This document shows positions 40,381-53,350 of a stretch of 64,000 bases of DNA, piece by piece. This stretch comes from Octopus vulgaris. Taxonomy: Eukaryota. The translations under genes and the position numbers were made by a program. The stretch covers positions 129,332,001 to 129,396,000 of the forward strand of contig OX597819.1 in NCBI GenBank assembly GCA_951406725.2, written 5' to 3'. Positions within the stretch are counted from its first letter, which is position 1; each line of letters starts with the position of its first letter. Below the pieces are notes generated by a model. That model did no database searches and had not been told where the DNA came from. It saw only the letters and a list, made by a program, of their open reading frames with translations.

Positions 40381-41457
40381 TAGTAGGTACTACGCAGTGG
40401 GACTGAACCCTGAGACCACACCGTCAGGAAGCAAGCTTCTTAACTCCCACCCACAACAACACACCACTTACAGTTCTATCTACATGTTATCACACAACAC
40501 AAAGCCTTAACTGCTTCTCTTATGTATACATGCCTCAATGTTATCAGGAAATGCTGAAAAAAATTTTTAAATTTAAAAACAAGAAAAGGATGGAAGGCAA
40601 CGTGAACCTCGGCGGAATTTGAACTCAGAAAGTAAAGACAGACGATATGGTAAGCATTTCGCCCAATGTGCTAACGATTCTGCCTGATCGTTGCCGCTTT
40701 TTTCTTTTTTTTTGCTAATATTAACTTCGTCTTAGTCCAAAGACATGCTAGCTCCGTCCTCTCCTTTTGTCACAGTAACACTTTCTGCTCATGGGACCTA
40801 GCTACTCGTGTATCATTTTCACCTATGCCCATCTGCCTTTTCACATCTTGTCACTTATTCCTTTTCTACTCAAGGCACAAGGCCAGAAATATTGGGGAGG
40901 GGCCAGTCTTTTAGATCGACCTCAGTACGCAACTGGTACTTAATTTATCAACCCCGAAAGGATGAAAGGCAATGTCGACATCGGCAGAATTTGAACTCAG
41001 AAAGTAAAGACAGACGAAATACTGTTAAGCATTTCTGCCACCTCGCCGCCTTATCTTGTCGCTTGTTCTGTCTGTCTCTCCCATGCTTTGTACTAACGAC
41101 ATTAATGGATCAATTCCTACCCTGGGCGTCAAGCCTCAAAAATTTACTTCCCACCCAACGTTTTACCGCATTGGCACCGACTGGTAAGAGTACCAGCTGA
41201 AATTCCAATGCATCAATTTGATCTGTCTTTGAAGTGAAGGTGCTATAAAGTCCATGCACAGTTCCTTCTATCGACCAAAACCACTGCAGAAAGAAAAAAA
41301 AAAGAGAAAACATTTGATGAGTATGATGATGATGATGATCCGATCATCATCATGAGTTTGAATATCAGCAAAAGAGTGCGTGTGCATATATATATATATA
41401 TATATATATGCGTAAAAACAAGATGGAGAAAATAGTATTCAGTACCAATGGCAGAAC

Positions 41458-41858
41458 TCTTTTACTTGTTTCAGTCATGTGACTTTGGCCATGCTGGAGC
41501 ACCGCCTTTAGTCGAGCAAATCGACCCCAGAACTTATTCTTTGTAAACCTAGTACTTACTTCTATTGGTCTCTTTTGCCGAACGAGGACATAAACACACC
41601 AGCATCGGTTGTCAAGCGATGTTGGGGGGGAACAAAACAGACACAAACGTATACACACACATACATACATATATATATATATTTACAAAAATATGACGGG
41701 CTTTATTCAGTTTCCATCTACCCAATCCATTCACAAGGCTTTGGTTGGCCCGAGGCTATAGTAGAAGACACTTGCCCAAGGTTCCATGCAGTGGGACTGA
41801 ACCCAGAACCATGTGGTTCGTAAAAATGCTACTTACCACACAGCCACTCCTACGCCTA
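41458..41858 (-). mobile_element. SINE family B
   Basis: Reverse complement of 42890-43310. Confidence 0.9.
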
Positions 41859-42138
41859 TATATAAAATTCTATTGAAGCTGAAAAAATAAATTTTTCAGC
41901 TTTAATAAAATATCATATATCATCACCTCATCATCTTCATTTTTATGTCAGGCTTCTTCCATGCTCGAATTAGTTGGAAAAGACTTTATCAAGGCAATAC
42001 ACTCACACACGTGTTTTCTCAAGAGCATTTCCTTCAGTGAAATTTCTTAGATGTTCTCAATTCACAACTACGTAGGAAGACCAGTCAGTGAAGCCAGTAA
42101 AACATATCTGTGTAATAATCTGCTTGTTCGTTCGCCTC

Positions 42139-42520
42139 TCTTTTACTTGTTTCAGTCATTTGACTGCGGCCATGCTGGAGCACCGCCTTTAGTCGAGCAA
42201 ATCAACCCCGGGACTTATTCTTTGTAAGCCTAGTACTTATTCTACCGGTCTCTTTTGCCGAACCACTAAGTGACAGGGACGTAAACACACCAGCATCGGT
42301 TGTCAAGCGATGTTGCAGGTACAAACACAGACACACACACATATATATATATATATACGACAGGCTTCTTTTCAGTTTCCGTCTACCAAATCCACTCACA
42401 AGGCTTTGGTCGGCCCGAGGCTATAGCAGAAGACACTTGCCCAAGATGCCACGCAGTAGGACTGAACCTGGAACCATGTGGTTGGTTAGCAAGCTACTTA
42501 CCACACAGCCACTCCTGCAC
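42139..42520 (-). mobile_element. SINE family B
   Basis: Reverse complement of 42890-43310. Confidence 0.9.
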
Positions 42521-42889
42521 CTGTTATACTTTAGTTAGTTAGATAGATGGAAGTGGAGTGAGGGGAAGGAGTGTGAGTAGAGAAGAGAGAAGTGAGGAAG
42601 CAGTAGAGAAAAATGTATAAGGTCCAATGTGTCGCGTGATTAGCTGAAAGGAGAGGCAAAGAGCGAGAGAAAAAGACGGTGACAGAAAAGAGGGAGAGAG
42701 AAGTGTTAACGATGTGCTATAGGGTGAGGAGGCAAAGGTAAAGAAAAAGAGATATGTTTAGGATACAATATTTAGCAGAGGTGATGTTTAAGAGAGAAAG
42801 GCAGATAGGGTTTGTATTGTCAGAGTAGAAATATATTGACAGCAAGAAAAAGTAGATGTAAACAAACAGCTGAACTGAAGGGAAATGAT

Positions 42890-43061
42890 AGGCGCAGGAG
42901 TGGCTGTGTGGTAAGTAGCTTGCTAACTAACCACATGGTTCAGGGTTCAGTCCCACTGCGTGGCACCTTGGACAAGTGTCTTCTGCTATAGCCTCGGGCC
43001 GACCAAAGCCTTGTGAGTGGATTTGGTAGACGGAAACTGAAAGAAGCCCGTCGTATATATG

Positions 43062-43107
<46 letters not shown>

Positions 43108-43310
43108 TGTGTCTGTGTTTGTCCCCCTAGCATTGCTTGACAACCGATGCTGGTGTGTTTATGTCCCCGTCACTTAGCGGTTCGACAAAAGAGACCAATA
43201 GAATAAGTACTGGGCTTACAAAGAATAAGTCCTTGGGTCTAGTTGCTCGACTAAAGGCGGTGCTCCAGCATGGCCGCAGTCAAATGACTGAAACAAGTAA
43301 AAGAGAGTAA
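42890..43310 (+). mobile_element. SINE family B, near-intact (further copies ~44853-45245 +, 46012-46407 -, 46430-46590 -, 59635-59825 +, 63470-64000 +)
   Basis: aggcgcaggagtggctgtgtggtaag...ggttcagtcccac...gactgaaacaagtaaaagag. Confidence 0.9.
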
Positions 43311-43332
43311 ATGTATGGTTTTTTATTGAACT

Positions 43333-43719
43333 CTGGAAGCACTCCATCGGTTACGACGACGAGGGTTCTGGTTGATCCGAATCAACAGAACAGCCTGCTT
43401 GTGAAATTAACGTATAAGTGGCTGAGCACTCCACAGACACGTGTACCCTTAACGTAGTTCCCGGGGATATTCAGCGTGACACAGATAGTGACAAGGCCGG
43501 CCCTTTGAAATACAGGTACAACAGAAACAGGAAGTAAGAGTGAGAGAAAGTTGTGGTGAAAGAGTACAGCAGGGATCACCACCATCCCTGCCAGAGGCTC
43601 GTTGAGCTTTTTAGGTGTTTTCGCTCAATAAACACTCACAACGCCCGGTCTGGGAATCGAAACCGCGATCCTATGACCGCGAGCCTGCTGCCATAACCAC
43701 TGGGCCATTGCGCCTCCAC
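43333..43719 (-). mobile_element. SINE family C with a ttattgaact TSD
   Basis: Reverse complement of 6598-6985. ttattgaact occurs on both flanks. Confidence 0.9.
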
Positions 43720-44039
43720 TTATTGAACTAAATCTCTGATATTCTTCTTCTACCTGTTCATTGTCACTTTATGCTTTAGTTTGTTACAGAGGAGTAGGAG
43801 GTGGAGTGAGCAAGAGAGTAAGAGGGAATGTGAGAGTGAATGAGAGAGCAGAGTCAGCTGATGCATTATGCTGTCACTTGTGTGGTTAGTAGAAGTGAGA
43901 GGTGAAGAGAAAGAGAGAAATGCTAAAGGCATGAAGAGAGGAATTACAGGATTAAAAAAAAGTCTGTTGAAGAAGTAGAGAGAAAAAGAGAAACAGAAAT
44001 TGCTTAGCAGAGGGAAATCTTAAAACCAGATATTATCGT

Positions 44040-44540
44040 CACGGCACGTAAAAAGCACCATCCGTCCGTGGCCGTTGCCAGCCTCGCCTGGCCCCCATGC
44101 CGGTGGCACGTAAAAAGCACCATCCATTCGTGGCCGATGCCAGCCTCGCCTGGCCCCCATGCCGGTGGCACGTAAAAAGCACCATCCGTTCGTGGCCGTT
44201 GCCAGCCTCGCCTGGCCCCCATGCCGGTGGCACATAAAAAGCACCATCCATTTGTGGCCGTTGCCAGCCTCGCCTGGCCCCCGTGCTGATGGCACATAAA
44301 AAGCACCATCCAATCGTGGCCGTTTGCCAGACTCGTCTGGCACCTATGCCAGTGGCACGTAAAAAGCACCTACTACACTCACGGAGTGGTTGGCGTTAGG
44401 AAGGGCATCCAGCCGTAGATACATTGCCAGATCAAACTGGGCCTGGCACAGCCTTCGGTCTTCCCAGACCCCAGTTGAACCGTCCAACCCATGCTAGCAT
44501 GGAAAGCGGACGCTAAACGATGATGATGATGATGATGATG
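44040..44540 (+). mobile_element. RTE LINE 3' UTR copy with six tandem ggcacgtaaaaagcacc motifs (~62-bp period)
   Basis: Direct inspection. Ends in a (gat)n tail. Confidence 0.9.
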
Positions 44541-45309
44541 AAGTAAAACAACTTATCAAAATGAAAATAAAAATGCAAATCATCCTTTCTTTCTTAAATA
44601 GATTCTCTTAATCTTTTTTTCCGTTCTATGGAATTTCCATAGGTCCCACTAGTATGCTATATGCTAATACTTACATTTTGATTGGACATAGCCAGAAGGA
44701 CTTAATTCACCAAAACTGTGTAGAGGTTATGGACAAAGTGTGCTGGGATTACCCATTCCAAAAGTACAAAGACTACTAACTCCAAGTCTTCATTGACAAC
44801 TGTTAGGGTTGTGTTTTAGGTGATCCTTTTTTTAATTATTTCTACGAATTGGTGTAGGTGTTGCTGTGTGGTAAGAAGCTTGCTTCCCAACCACATGGTG
44901 CTGGGTTCAGTCCCACTATGTGGTACCTTGACCAGGTGTCTTCCGATACAGCCCCAGTTTGACCAAGGCCTTCTGAGTGGATTTGGCAGACAGAAACTGA
45001 AAGAAGCCCATCGTGTGTGTGTATGTGTGCATGTGTATGTGTGTGTGTGTGCACAAGCATGTGTATGTGTCTTTGTTTGTACCCCGTCTCCACTTGACAA
45101 CTGGTATTCGTGTCTCCGTAACTTAGCAGCTTGGCAAAAACAGACCCATAGAATAAGTTCTAGGCTTTAAAAAGACTAAGCCCTGGCATCGATTTGTTTG
45201 AGTAAAACCCTTTGGCTGCAGTCAAATGACTGAAACAAGTAAAAAAATAAACTTTCTTCATTGGTAAATTGACTTGCAAACCTTTTTTCAGACCCAAAAC
45301 TTTCAAAAT

Positions 45310-45596
45310 ATCAACTTAATGTTCAATATCCTCCCGAAGGACCTGAGAGACCTGCATGGGGTGGATGCAGATGTCTTCAAAATAAAGCTGGACCTCTTCC
45401 TGTCAGGTGTCCCAGATGAACCAACTTCACGGCAGGAGGTGCAGATGAGGGCAGCTGCATCGAACTCTCTCATGCACCAAATGGCAATTGCTAAAAAGCA
45501 TTCATGAAGTAAAATCGTGTAGCTACACCGAATGGCGGTGCCCCAGCATGGCCACAGCTTGTAAGCTGAAACTAGATGAGATGAAATGAAATGAAA
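45310..45596 (+). mobile_element. CR1/L2-group LINE 3' end
   Basis: MFNILPKDLRDL...FKIKLDLFLSGVPDEP...RAAASNSL, then ggcggtgccccagcatggccacagc..gctgaaactaga(tgaaa)n. Confidence 0.75.
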
Positions 45597-46208
45597 AACT
45601 GAAAATGAAAATGTTAAGCAAACTATAGATAAGCACTTATTCTAAGGATTTAAGATTTAGATAATAAATTTTTACATAATTTTGCTTTTCTTTTATTCAG
45701 TGTGGGTGCAGGGGTGGGCAGTACTGAATTAAAATTCTGCCCTTGTTGAGTCCTTCCTGTCCCCAAGACAAAAAGTAAAAAATGATAAAGTAAGTACAGA
45801 ATGTCCTAAGCTTCTTAACAGCCATTTAACTCTTTGAAAATCTGATTAAGACTGCTAGATTATGGCCACTACACCAGTATTTTTCTATTCTTTTGCCGAA
45901 CTGCTAAGTTACAGGGATGTAAACGCACCAAAACCACTTAAGCGGTGATGGGGCAGGGACAAATACAGACACAAAGACACACATATATATATATATATTC
46001 TTTTACTCTTTTATTCTTTTACTTGTTTCAGTCATTTGACTGCGGCCATCCTGGAGCACCGCCTCTAGTCGAACAAATCGACCCCGGGACTTATTCTTTT
46101 TGTAAGCCCAGTACTTATTCTAACGGTCTCTTTTGCCGAACCACTAAGTGATGGGGACGTAAACACACCAGCATCGGTTGTCAAGCAATGCTAGGGGGAC
46201 AAACACAG

Positions 46209-46241
<33 letters not shown>

Positions 46242-47580
46242 CATATATACGACAGGCTTCTTTCAGTTTCCGTCTACCAAATCCACTCACAAGGCATTGG
46301 TCGGCCCGGGGCTATAGCAGAAGACACTTGCCCAAGATGCCACGCATTGGGACTGAACCCACAACCATGTGGTTGGTTAGCAAGCTACTTACCACACAGC
46401 CACTCCTGTGTGTGTATATATATATATATACAATGGGCTTCTTTCAGTTTCCGTTGACCAAATCCACTCTTAAGGCTTTGGTCAGCCTGAGGCTTATTAG
46501 AAGACATTTGCCCAAGGTGCCACACAGTGGGACTGAACCTGGAACCATACGGTTGGAAAGCAAGCTTCTTACCACACAGCCACGCCTGTGCCTATGCTTA
46601 AGATAAGTGGGTTCCAACATATGGAATTCATATTAGAAAGCATAGAAATTAACATAATTACTACAAACCAATCAAAAGCTCAGTGGAACAGTGCTGTTGC
46701 TGCAATGACATATCACTATGGTACCTACTTACAGACAGATAGACTGGGCTGCTGATTGAACTGAATGAATATATAACATAGGAATGTGGTGAGTCATTAA
46801 TGCAGTGGATTGTAGAAGCACCAAAACTGTCAACGTGTGACATATCTTTAAAAAAAATCAGTCTAGCAGAGCATATCCTAAGCACAGGATGAGTTGAAAA
46901 TCAGCACTAAAATAACTGACTGATCAAATCTTTTATCAATTCCATAACACTGTTGCTAATTCAGAGCAGTGGTCTGTATTTACTCCATGGTGCCTACTCT
47001 CAGCTTAGTGGACTGGGCCATTTGAAAGTTGTGTCACAGCTCTGGACACAATGCAGTACTCGTTACAGGATACAAATCACTGACCTCTCGGTTGTCTTCT
47101 TGATATTCTACCCATCCAGTTTTTCCTAAAGCCCATCACTTGAATACAGTACAGCAACGATGAACAAGATCCATATGACTTCAGTTGGTTGTTCACTTTG
47201 CAGTGCTAATTGCCTGAGCCTGAATGTCAGCTGCTTCTCCTTTCAGGCTCAATGAAATAAAGTACAATCAAAGTACTGAGGTGAATCTTAATCAACTACA
47301 TCCTCCCTTAAAACTAAGACATTTTGGCTTTGATTATTGGCTTTTTTACATCAAACATGTGTGTGTGTGTGTCCATATACTATATACACATGCTTTAATA
47401 TAACATATATATATATACAGGCTATAATATATTATATATACATGTTACAGTATAAAAATATATATATTATACATATATGCTATAATTTATATATTATATA
47501 TAAATGCGGTATCAACATCATCATTTAACATCCATGTTCTATGCTTGCATACACACACATATATATATATATATATATTT

Positions 47581-47800
47581 ATTTACTACCCACAAGGGGC
47601 TAAACACAGAGGGGACAAACAAGGACAGACAAAGGAATTAAGTCAATTACATCGACCCCAGTGCGTAACTGGTACTTATTTAATCGACCCCGAAAGGATG
47701 AAAGGCAAAGTCGACCTCGGCGGAATTTGAACTCGGAACGTAACGACAGACGATATACGGCTACGCATTTCACCCGGCGTGCTAACGTTTCTGCCAGGTC
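47581..47800 (-). mobile_element. SINE family A
   Basis: Reverse complement of 18055-18283. Confidence 0.9.
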
Positions 47801-48296
47801 ACCAGTTGAACCGTCCAACCCATACTAGCATGGAAAGCAGACGTTAAACGATGATGATGATGATATTACATATATACACACACACACATATGTATGTGTA
47901 TCATCATCATCATCATTGTTTAATGTCCGCTTTCCATGCTAGCATGGGTTGGACGGTTCAACTGGGGTCTGGGAAGCCAGAAGGCTGCACCAGGCCCAGT
48001 CTGATCTGGCAGTGTTTCTACGGCTGAACGCCCTTCCTAACGCCAACCACTCAGTGAGTGTAGTGGGTGCTTTTTACATGCCACCTGCACAGGTGCCAGA
48101 CGAGGCTGGCAAACGGCCACGATTGGATGGTGCTTTTTACGTGCCACTGGCATGGGGGCCAGACGAGGCTGGCAACGGCCACAATCGGATGGTGCTTTTT
48201 ACGTGCCACCGGCACAGAGGCCAGTCAGGGCGGCACTGGCAACAGCCACGTTTGGATGGTGCTTCTTACGTGCCACCGGCACTGGTATCACAGCTA

Positions 48297-48298
<2 letters not shown>
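47800..48298. mobile_element. Tail-to-tail pair of RTE 3' UTR copies (47800-47864 +, 47900-48298 -)
   Basis: (gat)n and (cat)n tails face each other. Confidence 0.85.
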
Positions 48299-48350
<52 letters not shown>

Positions 48351-48384
48351 TATAATAAATATAATATATATTTATATATGCTGT

Positions 48385-50234
48385 TAGTAAGGTGAGAGTT
48401 GGCAATGATTACAGTGAAGAATTCCGGGTAGAGGTAGGAGTCCAAGGTTCAGTCCTCAGCTCCCTCCTATTTATCATAGTTCTCCAGGCAATAACAGAGG
48501 AATTCAAGACTGGATGCCCCTAAGAGCTCCTCTATGCTGACGACCTTGCTCTAATTGCTGAGTCACTATCAGAACTGGAGGAGAAGTTTCAGGTGTGGAA
48601 TCAAGGATTAGAATTGAAGGGCCTTAGAGTCAACCTAGCTAAAACAAAAGTACTAATAAGTAGGAAGGTAGACAAACCACAAACGCCTTCAGGTAGATGG
48701 CCCTGCTCGATCTGTAGAAAAGGCATAGGTAGAAACTCTATAGGATGTACCCAGTGTAAGCTATGGACACATAAGAGGTGCAGCAATGTCAAAGGAAGGC
48801 TAACTAGGAAAATAGTTTTTGTATGTGGCAGATGCTCAGGAGCAATAAACACTGAAAATCTGCAGAAAACAACTTCCATCACTTTCCAGGGAGAAAAACT
48901 AAAAGTAGTTGATAGTTTCCGTTACCTAGGTAACCAAGTCAGTAGCGGGGGTGGGTGTGCTGAAAGTGTAACTGCTAGAGTAAGAATAGCCTGGGCAAAG
49001 TTCAGGGAGCTCTTACCTCTGCTGGTGACAAAAGGCCTCTTGCTCAGAGTAAAAGGCAGACTGTATGATGCATGTGTACGAACTGCCATGCTACATGGCA
49101 GTGAAACATGGGTCGTGACTGCTGAGGATGTGCGTAAACTTGCAAGAAATGAAGCCAGTATGCTCCGATGGATGTGTAATGTCAGTGTTCATACTCGACA
49201 GAGTGTAAGTACCTTCAGAAAAAAGTTGGACCTAAGAAGCATCAGCTGTAGTGTGCAAGAGAGACGATTGCGCTGGTATGGTCATGTGGCGAGAATGGAT
49301 GAAGATAGGTGTGTGAAAAAGTGCCAATCCCAAGCAGTTGAGGGAACCCGTGGAAGAGGTAGACCCAGGAAAACCTGGGATGAGGTGGTGAAGCATGACC
49401 TTTGAACATTAGGCCTCACCGAGGCAATGACTAGAGACCGAGACCTTTGGAAGTATGCTGTGCATGAGAAGACCCGGCAGGACCAGTGAGTCCATCCCGT
49501 ATTCCTTGCCAGGGATGTAGCCAGCCCACTTATGCATGCCTTTCCTTCCTTGGACACGCGAAGACCTGTTGAGGCAAGCGAAGTTGAAATCGAACCTCAT
49601 CCGACAACAGGCACCAATGCCAACCTCCCTTCATTGGACACTAAACTGCTTGTGAAGACCTGTTGGGGCAAGTGAAATCGGAATCGAAATTGAACCAATC
49701 CTATGACTGGCACCCGGCAGTTGTCAGGGCCGCTGGACTGACTCCTGTGCAGGTGGCAAGTAAAGAAACACTGTTTTGACCCTGTGTTTGAGGAGACCTA
49801 TTGAGTCAAGTACATCAACATCAAAATCAATGGAAATTGTAGTTGTGATCCCTGTGCCAGTGGCACGTAAAAAGCACCAACCGATCGTGGCCATTGCCAG
49901 CCTCGCCTGACTCCTGTGCCAGTGGCATGTAAAAAGCACCATCTGAACGTGGCCAATGCCAGCACCGCCTTGACTATCTTCGGTGCCGGCGGCACGTAAA
50001 AAGCACCAATCCAATCGTGGCCGTTGCCAGCCTCGCCTGGCACCTGTGCCAGTGGCATGTAAAAAGTATCCACTACACTCACGGAGTGGTTGGCGTTAAG
50101 AAGGGCATCCAGCTGTAGAAACACTGCCAGATCAAACTTGGCCTGGTGCAGCCTTCTGGCTTCCCAGATCCCCGGTCAAACCATCCAACCCATGCTAGCA
50201 TGGAGAACGGACGTTAAACGATGATGATGATGAT
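48385..50234 (+). mobile_element. 5'-truncated RTE-clade LINE: RT C-terminal half, PHD-like insert, and long 3' UTR with (gat)n tail
   Basis: QGSVLS.LLF and LLYADDL (~48440-48550, preceded by a stop). ORF 48593-49405 contains FRYLG, LHGSETW, RLRWYGHVARM and RGRGRPRKTW. Confidence 0.92.
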
Positions 50235-50264
50235 ATTACATATATACACACATATGTATGTGTA

Positions 50265-50505
50265 TCATCATCATCATCGTTTAACATCCGCTTTCAATGC
50301 TAGCATGGGTTGGACAGTTCAACTGGGGTCTGGGAAGCCAGAAGGCTGCACCAGGCTCCAATCTTATCTGGCAGTGTTTCTACAGCTGGATGCCCTTCCT
50401 AATGCCAACCACTCCGTGAGTATAGTGGGTGCTTTTTACGTGCCACCGGCACAGGTGCCAGACGAGGCTGGAAAACGGCCACGATTGGATGGTGCTTTTT
50501 ACGTG
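50265..50505 (-). mobile_element. RTE 3' UTR copy, tail-to-tail with the preceding LINE
   Basis: catcatcatcgtttaac...ggtgctttttacgtgcc. Confidence 0.85.
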
Positions 50506-50557
<52 letters not shown>

Positions 50558-50612
50558 GTTTGTCTATTTAAGCATGGAACATGAATGTTAAATGATAATA
50601 ATGATGCAGCGG

Positions 50613-50656
<44 letters not shown>

Positions 50657-50867
50657 CAGCCTGTATATCCAAGTTTTAGAATACACTGTATCTTTGTATG
50701 TCAGAAGATGCCTCAGACGTCCTATCTAGCTTTGCAGATATGGAAAAGTGGACATATAACCAAGGATTTGTGTGTGTGTGTGTGGCAACTTTGTCAAGTA
50801 CGTGAAAACAATGACAAAAATAACAAGAAAATAAAACAGGCAAAATAATAATGACAATAATAATAAC

Positions 50868-50906
<39 letters not shown>

Positions 50907-51284
50907 ATCAGAGATGAGCAAAAATTATTTGCAAAAAATATATTTCCCAGACTTAGGAACAGTATCAAGGAGCAATTTTAATCTTTAAGCTGTTCTTCTT
51001 TATACCAAGACTGCATACTGACTTTTTTTTTTTTTTTTTCAAGCAAACTCAGAAATGATAAGAATAATTTTGTTTTCAGAAATATAATATACAAAATAAA
51101 ATCAGAAACAAAATTTTTGAAAAAGGAACAATTTTTAAGATTAATCAAAAAAAAAAAAAAAAAAAAAAAAATATAGTGGTTTGAGGAGAGGTAAGAGGAA
51201 ATTTTTTTTTTAAAAATCACAAAAATAAATCAGTAGCTCTTCCAGCATTTTCTTTTACTTTGTTCTTCCACTTTTCCTTGTTTT

Positions 51285-51289
<5 letters not shown>

Positions 51290-51315
<26 letters not shown>

Positions 51316-51380
51316 TACATACACATACACACTCACACATGCAGGTGTATATGTGTGTGTGTGTGCATGTATGTATGGAT

Positions 51381-51415
<35 letters not shown>

Positions 51416-51489
51416 ACACACACACACAAACACAAGCAGATGTGTCATATGCACACACACACACACACACACATATAGACACAGGTGTG

Positions 51490-51521
<32 letters not shown>

Positions 51522-51527
51522 TGGGTT

Positions 51528-51565
<38 letters not shown>

Positions 51566-51582
51566 CATACACACGCATGCAG

Positions 51583-51631
<49 letters not shown>

Positions 51632-51767
51632 CATGTGTATGTATGTCTGTGTATATGTGTGTGTGTGTGCATGTATGTATGTGTGGGTGTTTATATATAT
51701 ATATTTTCACACAAACACATGCAGACGTGTCATATGCACACACACACACACACACATATAGACACAG

Positions 51768-51809
<42 letters not shown>

Positions 51810-51935
51810 ACACACATGGGTTTGTCTATATATATATATATATATACATACACACACATGCAGGTGTATCTATATATATACATATATATATATATATGTG
51901 TGTGTGTGTGTATGTATGTCTGTGTATGTGTGTGC
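51290..51935. repeat. Two ~300-bp tandem copies of a compound microsatellite in the probable Fem-1 3' UTR
   Basis: Anchors gcaga.gtgtcatatgcacac, atagacacaggtgtg and catgggtttgtct each recur about 300 bp apart. Confidence 0.8.
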
Positions 51936-52025
51936 AAAATAGGTGTATTTATATATTTCCCTTTTCCCATATGTTTTCACCTGTTTTTAATTTCTCATAC
52001 CAAATTCATGTTATTTATTAAGTTA

Positions 52026-53350
52026 TTAATGCATCTCAATAAAAGATTCTTCTTTTAGGGGTACGTGTCCTTTATAATCTATATTGTATTTAATTATGAT
52101 ACGAGCCGCCATGCACTGCAATGTAATGAAGTCAAGTGGTGATACTATATCGTGGATGGCTACACCCCGCAAGAGTTGCACAGGAGTTCTACCTTCGTTG
52201 TTTCGCATGTCTAAGTGCGCATGGCGGTGCAGAAGAAACTTTATCACATCAGACTGACAGTGTTTATTGTTAGTTGCTAGGTGAAGCGGTGTGTTGCCAT
52301 CACTATCGGTAGCGTTGACATTAGCACCTACTTCTAGTAATAAGTTTACAACGTCGGGGGACGGAAAACTGCAAACTGGGTAACGACCAACATTAGTGGT
52401 TTCCCGTGCACAGGCAAGATGGAGAAGAGTGTAGCCTTTTGTACATTTTGGGTACATTTGAACTAGCTGATACACTGTCTGTTTGAAAACATAGTCCTCC
52501 TCTTCGGATAACCCTTTCTGCTTCTGTATCCGACATATTAAACACAGCAAGTGTAGGATTATCACTAAGAGGCGATTAAATGAGCTGACATCACAGTCCT
52601 GAGCAACACATTTGGTGATGAGTTCATGCCCAATACGAAGTTCTTTAATGGCACGAGTGAACACCTCCATGATATCTCGGAATGCAACATTGTGCACTGG
52701 GTGGTGTTCATTGGTCATATAAGAGAAAAGTTCTGCAAAAGACAGAAAACTACTCTGGGTGTAAGAACTTAATGCCTCCAACACTTTCTGTTGGATATCA
52801 AGTGCATACATCCACAAGTCTATACAGCGATCAAAATTGCCCATATCTGCATAAAGGGCTCCTCTATATCTGATGTAATAGGAGGTGTCTGGGTGTGCAG
52901 GACCAAGGATTCGTTCTCGAACAAGTAGTGCTTGCATTCTCATATCATCGGGGTCAGATATTAGATCGTCCAGCTGTTTTTGCGTTCGCACTTCAACCGT
53001 GTTCTCATAGGCGGCAATAAGAGAGTGGTTTATTGGTTTCGGAATTGCAACACAATGAGATCTGTATCTTTCATCCATACCAAGGCGCCAAAACTTTAAT
53101 GCACCTAACATGTCCCTTTTTTTATCAACATAAGTCGCTCCAAGAAGCTCCAGGGCATCGATCTTTTCCGACCGAGTACAATCCGGCTGATTTATGAGAT
53201 ACTCGACCATTTTGGTGTAACCAGCCACAGCAGCTGCCAACAAAGGGGTCATACCATAGGCATCTTTTTCCATTTGGGCACTGTTTTTCAGGAGCATTTT
53301 CATGATGTCTAAACTACCAGACTCAGCACAATCATGCAGAGCCGTATTAC
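52026..53350 (-). CDS. fem-1: Fem-1 homolog (FEM1A/C-like ankyrin/TPR CRL2 substrate receptor), terminal coding exon
   Basis: Polypyrimidine tract + CAG acceptor (AG at 53352-53351), then (G)NTALHDCAESGSLDIMKMLL, DALELLGATYVDKKRD, DPDDMRMQALLVRERILGPAHPDTSYYIRYRGA, GNTPLH, TLQCMAAR and FIEMH*. The frame has no disruptions. Confidence 0.95.

Noticed and set aside
44040-44372. CRISPR-like repeat-spacer appearance
   Set aside because: The linkers are homologous to each other, there are no cas genes, the context is eukaryotic, and the array is part of a LINE 3' UTR.
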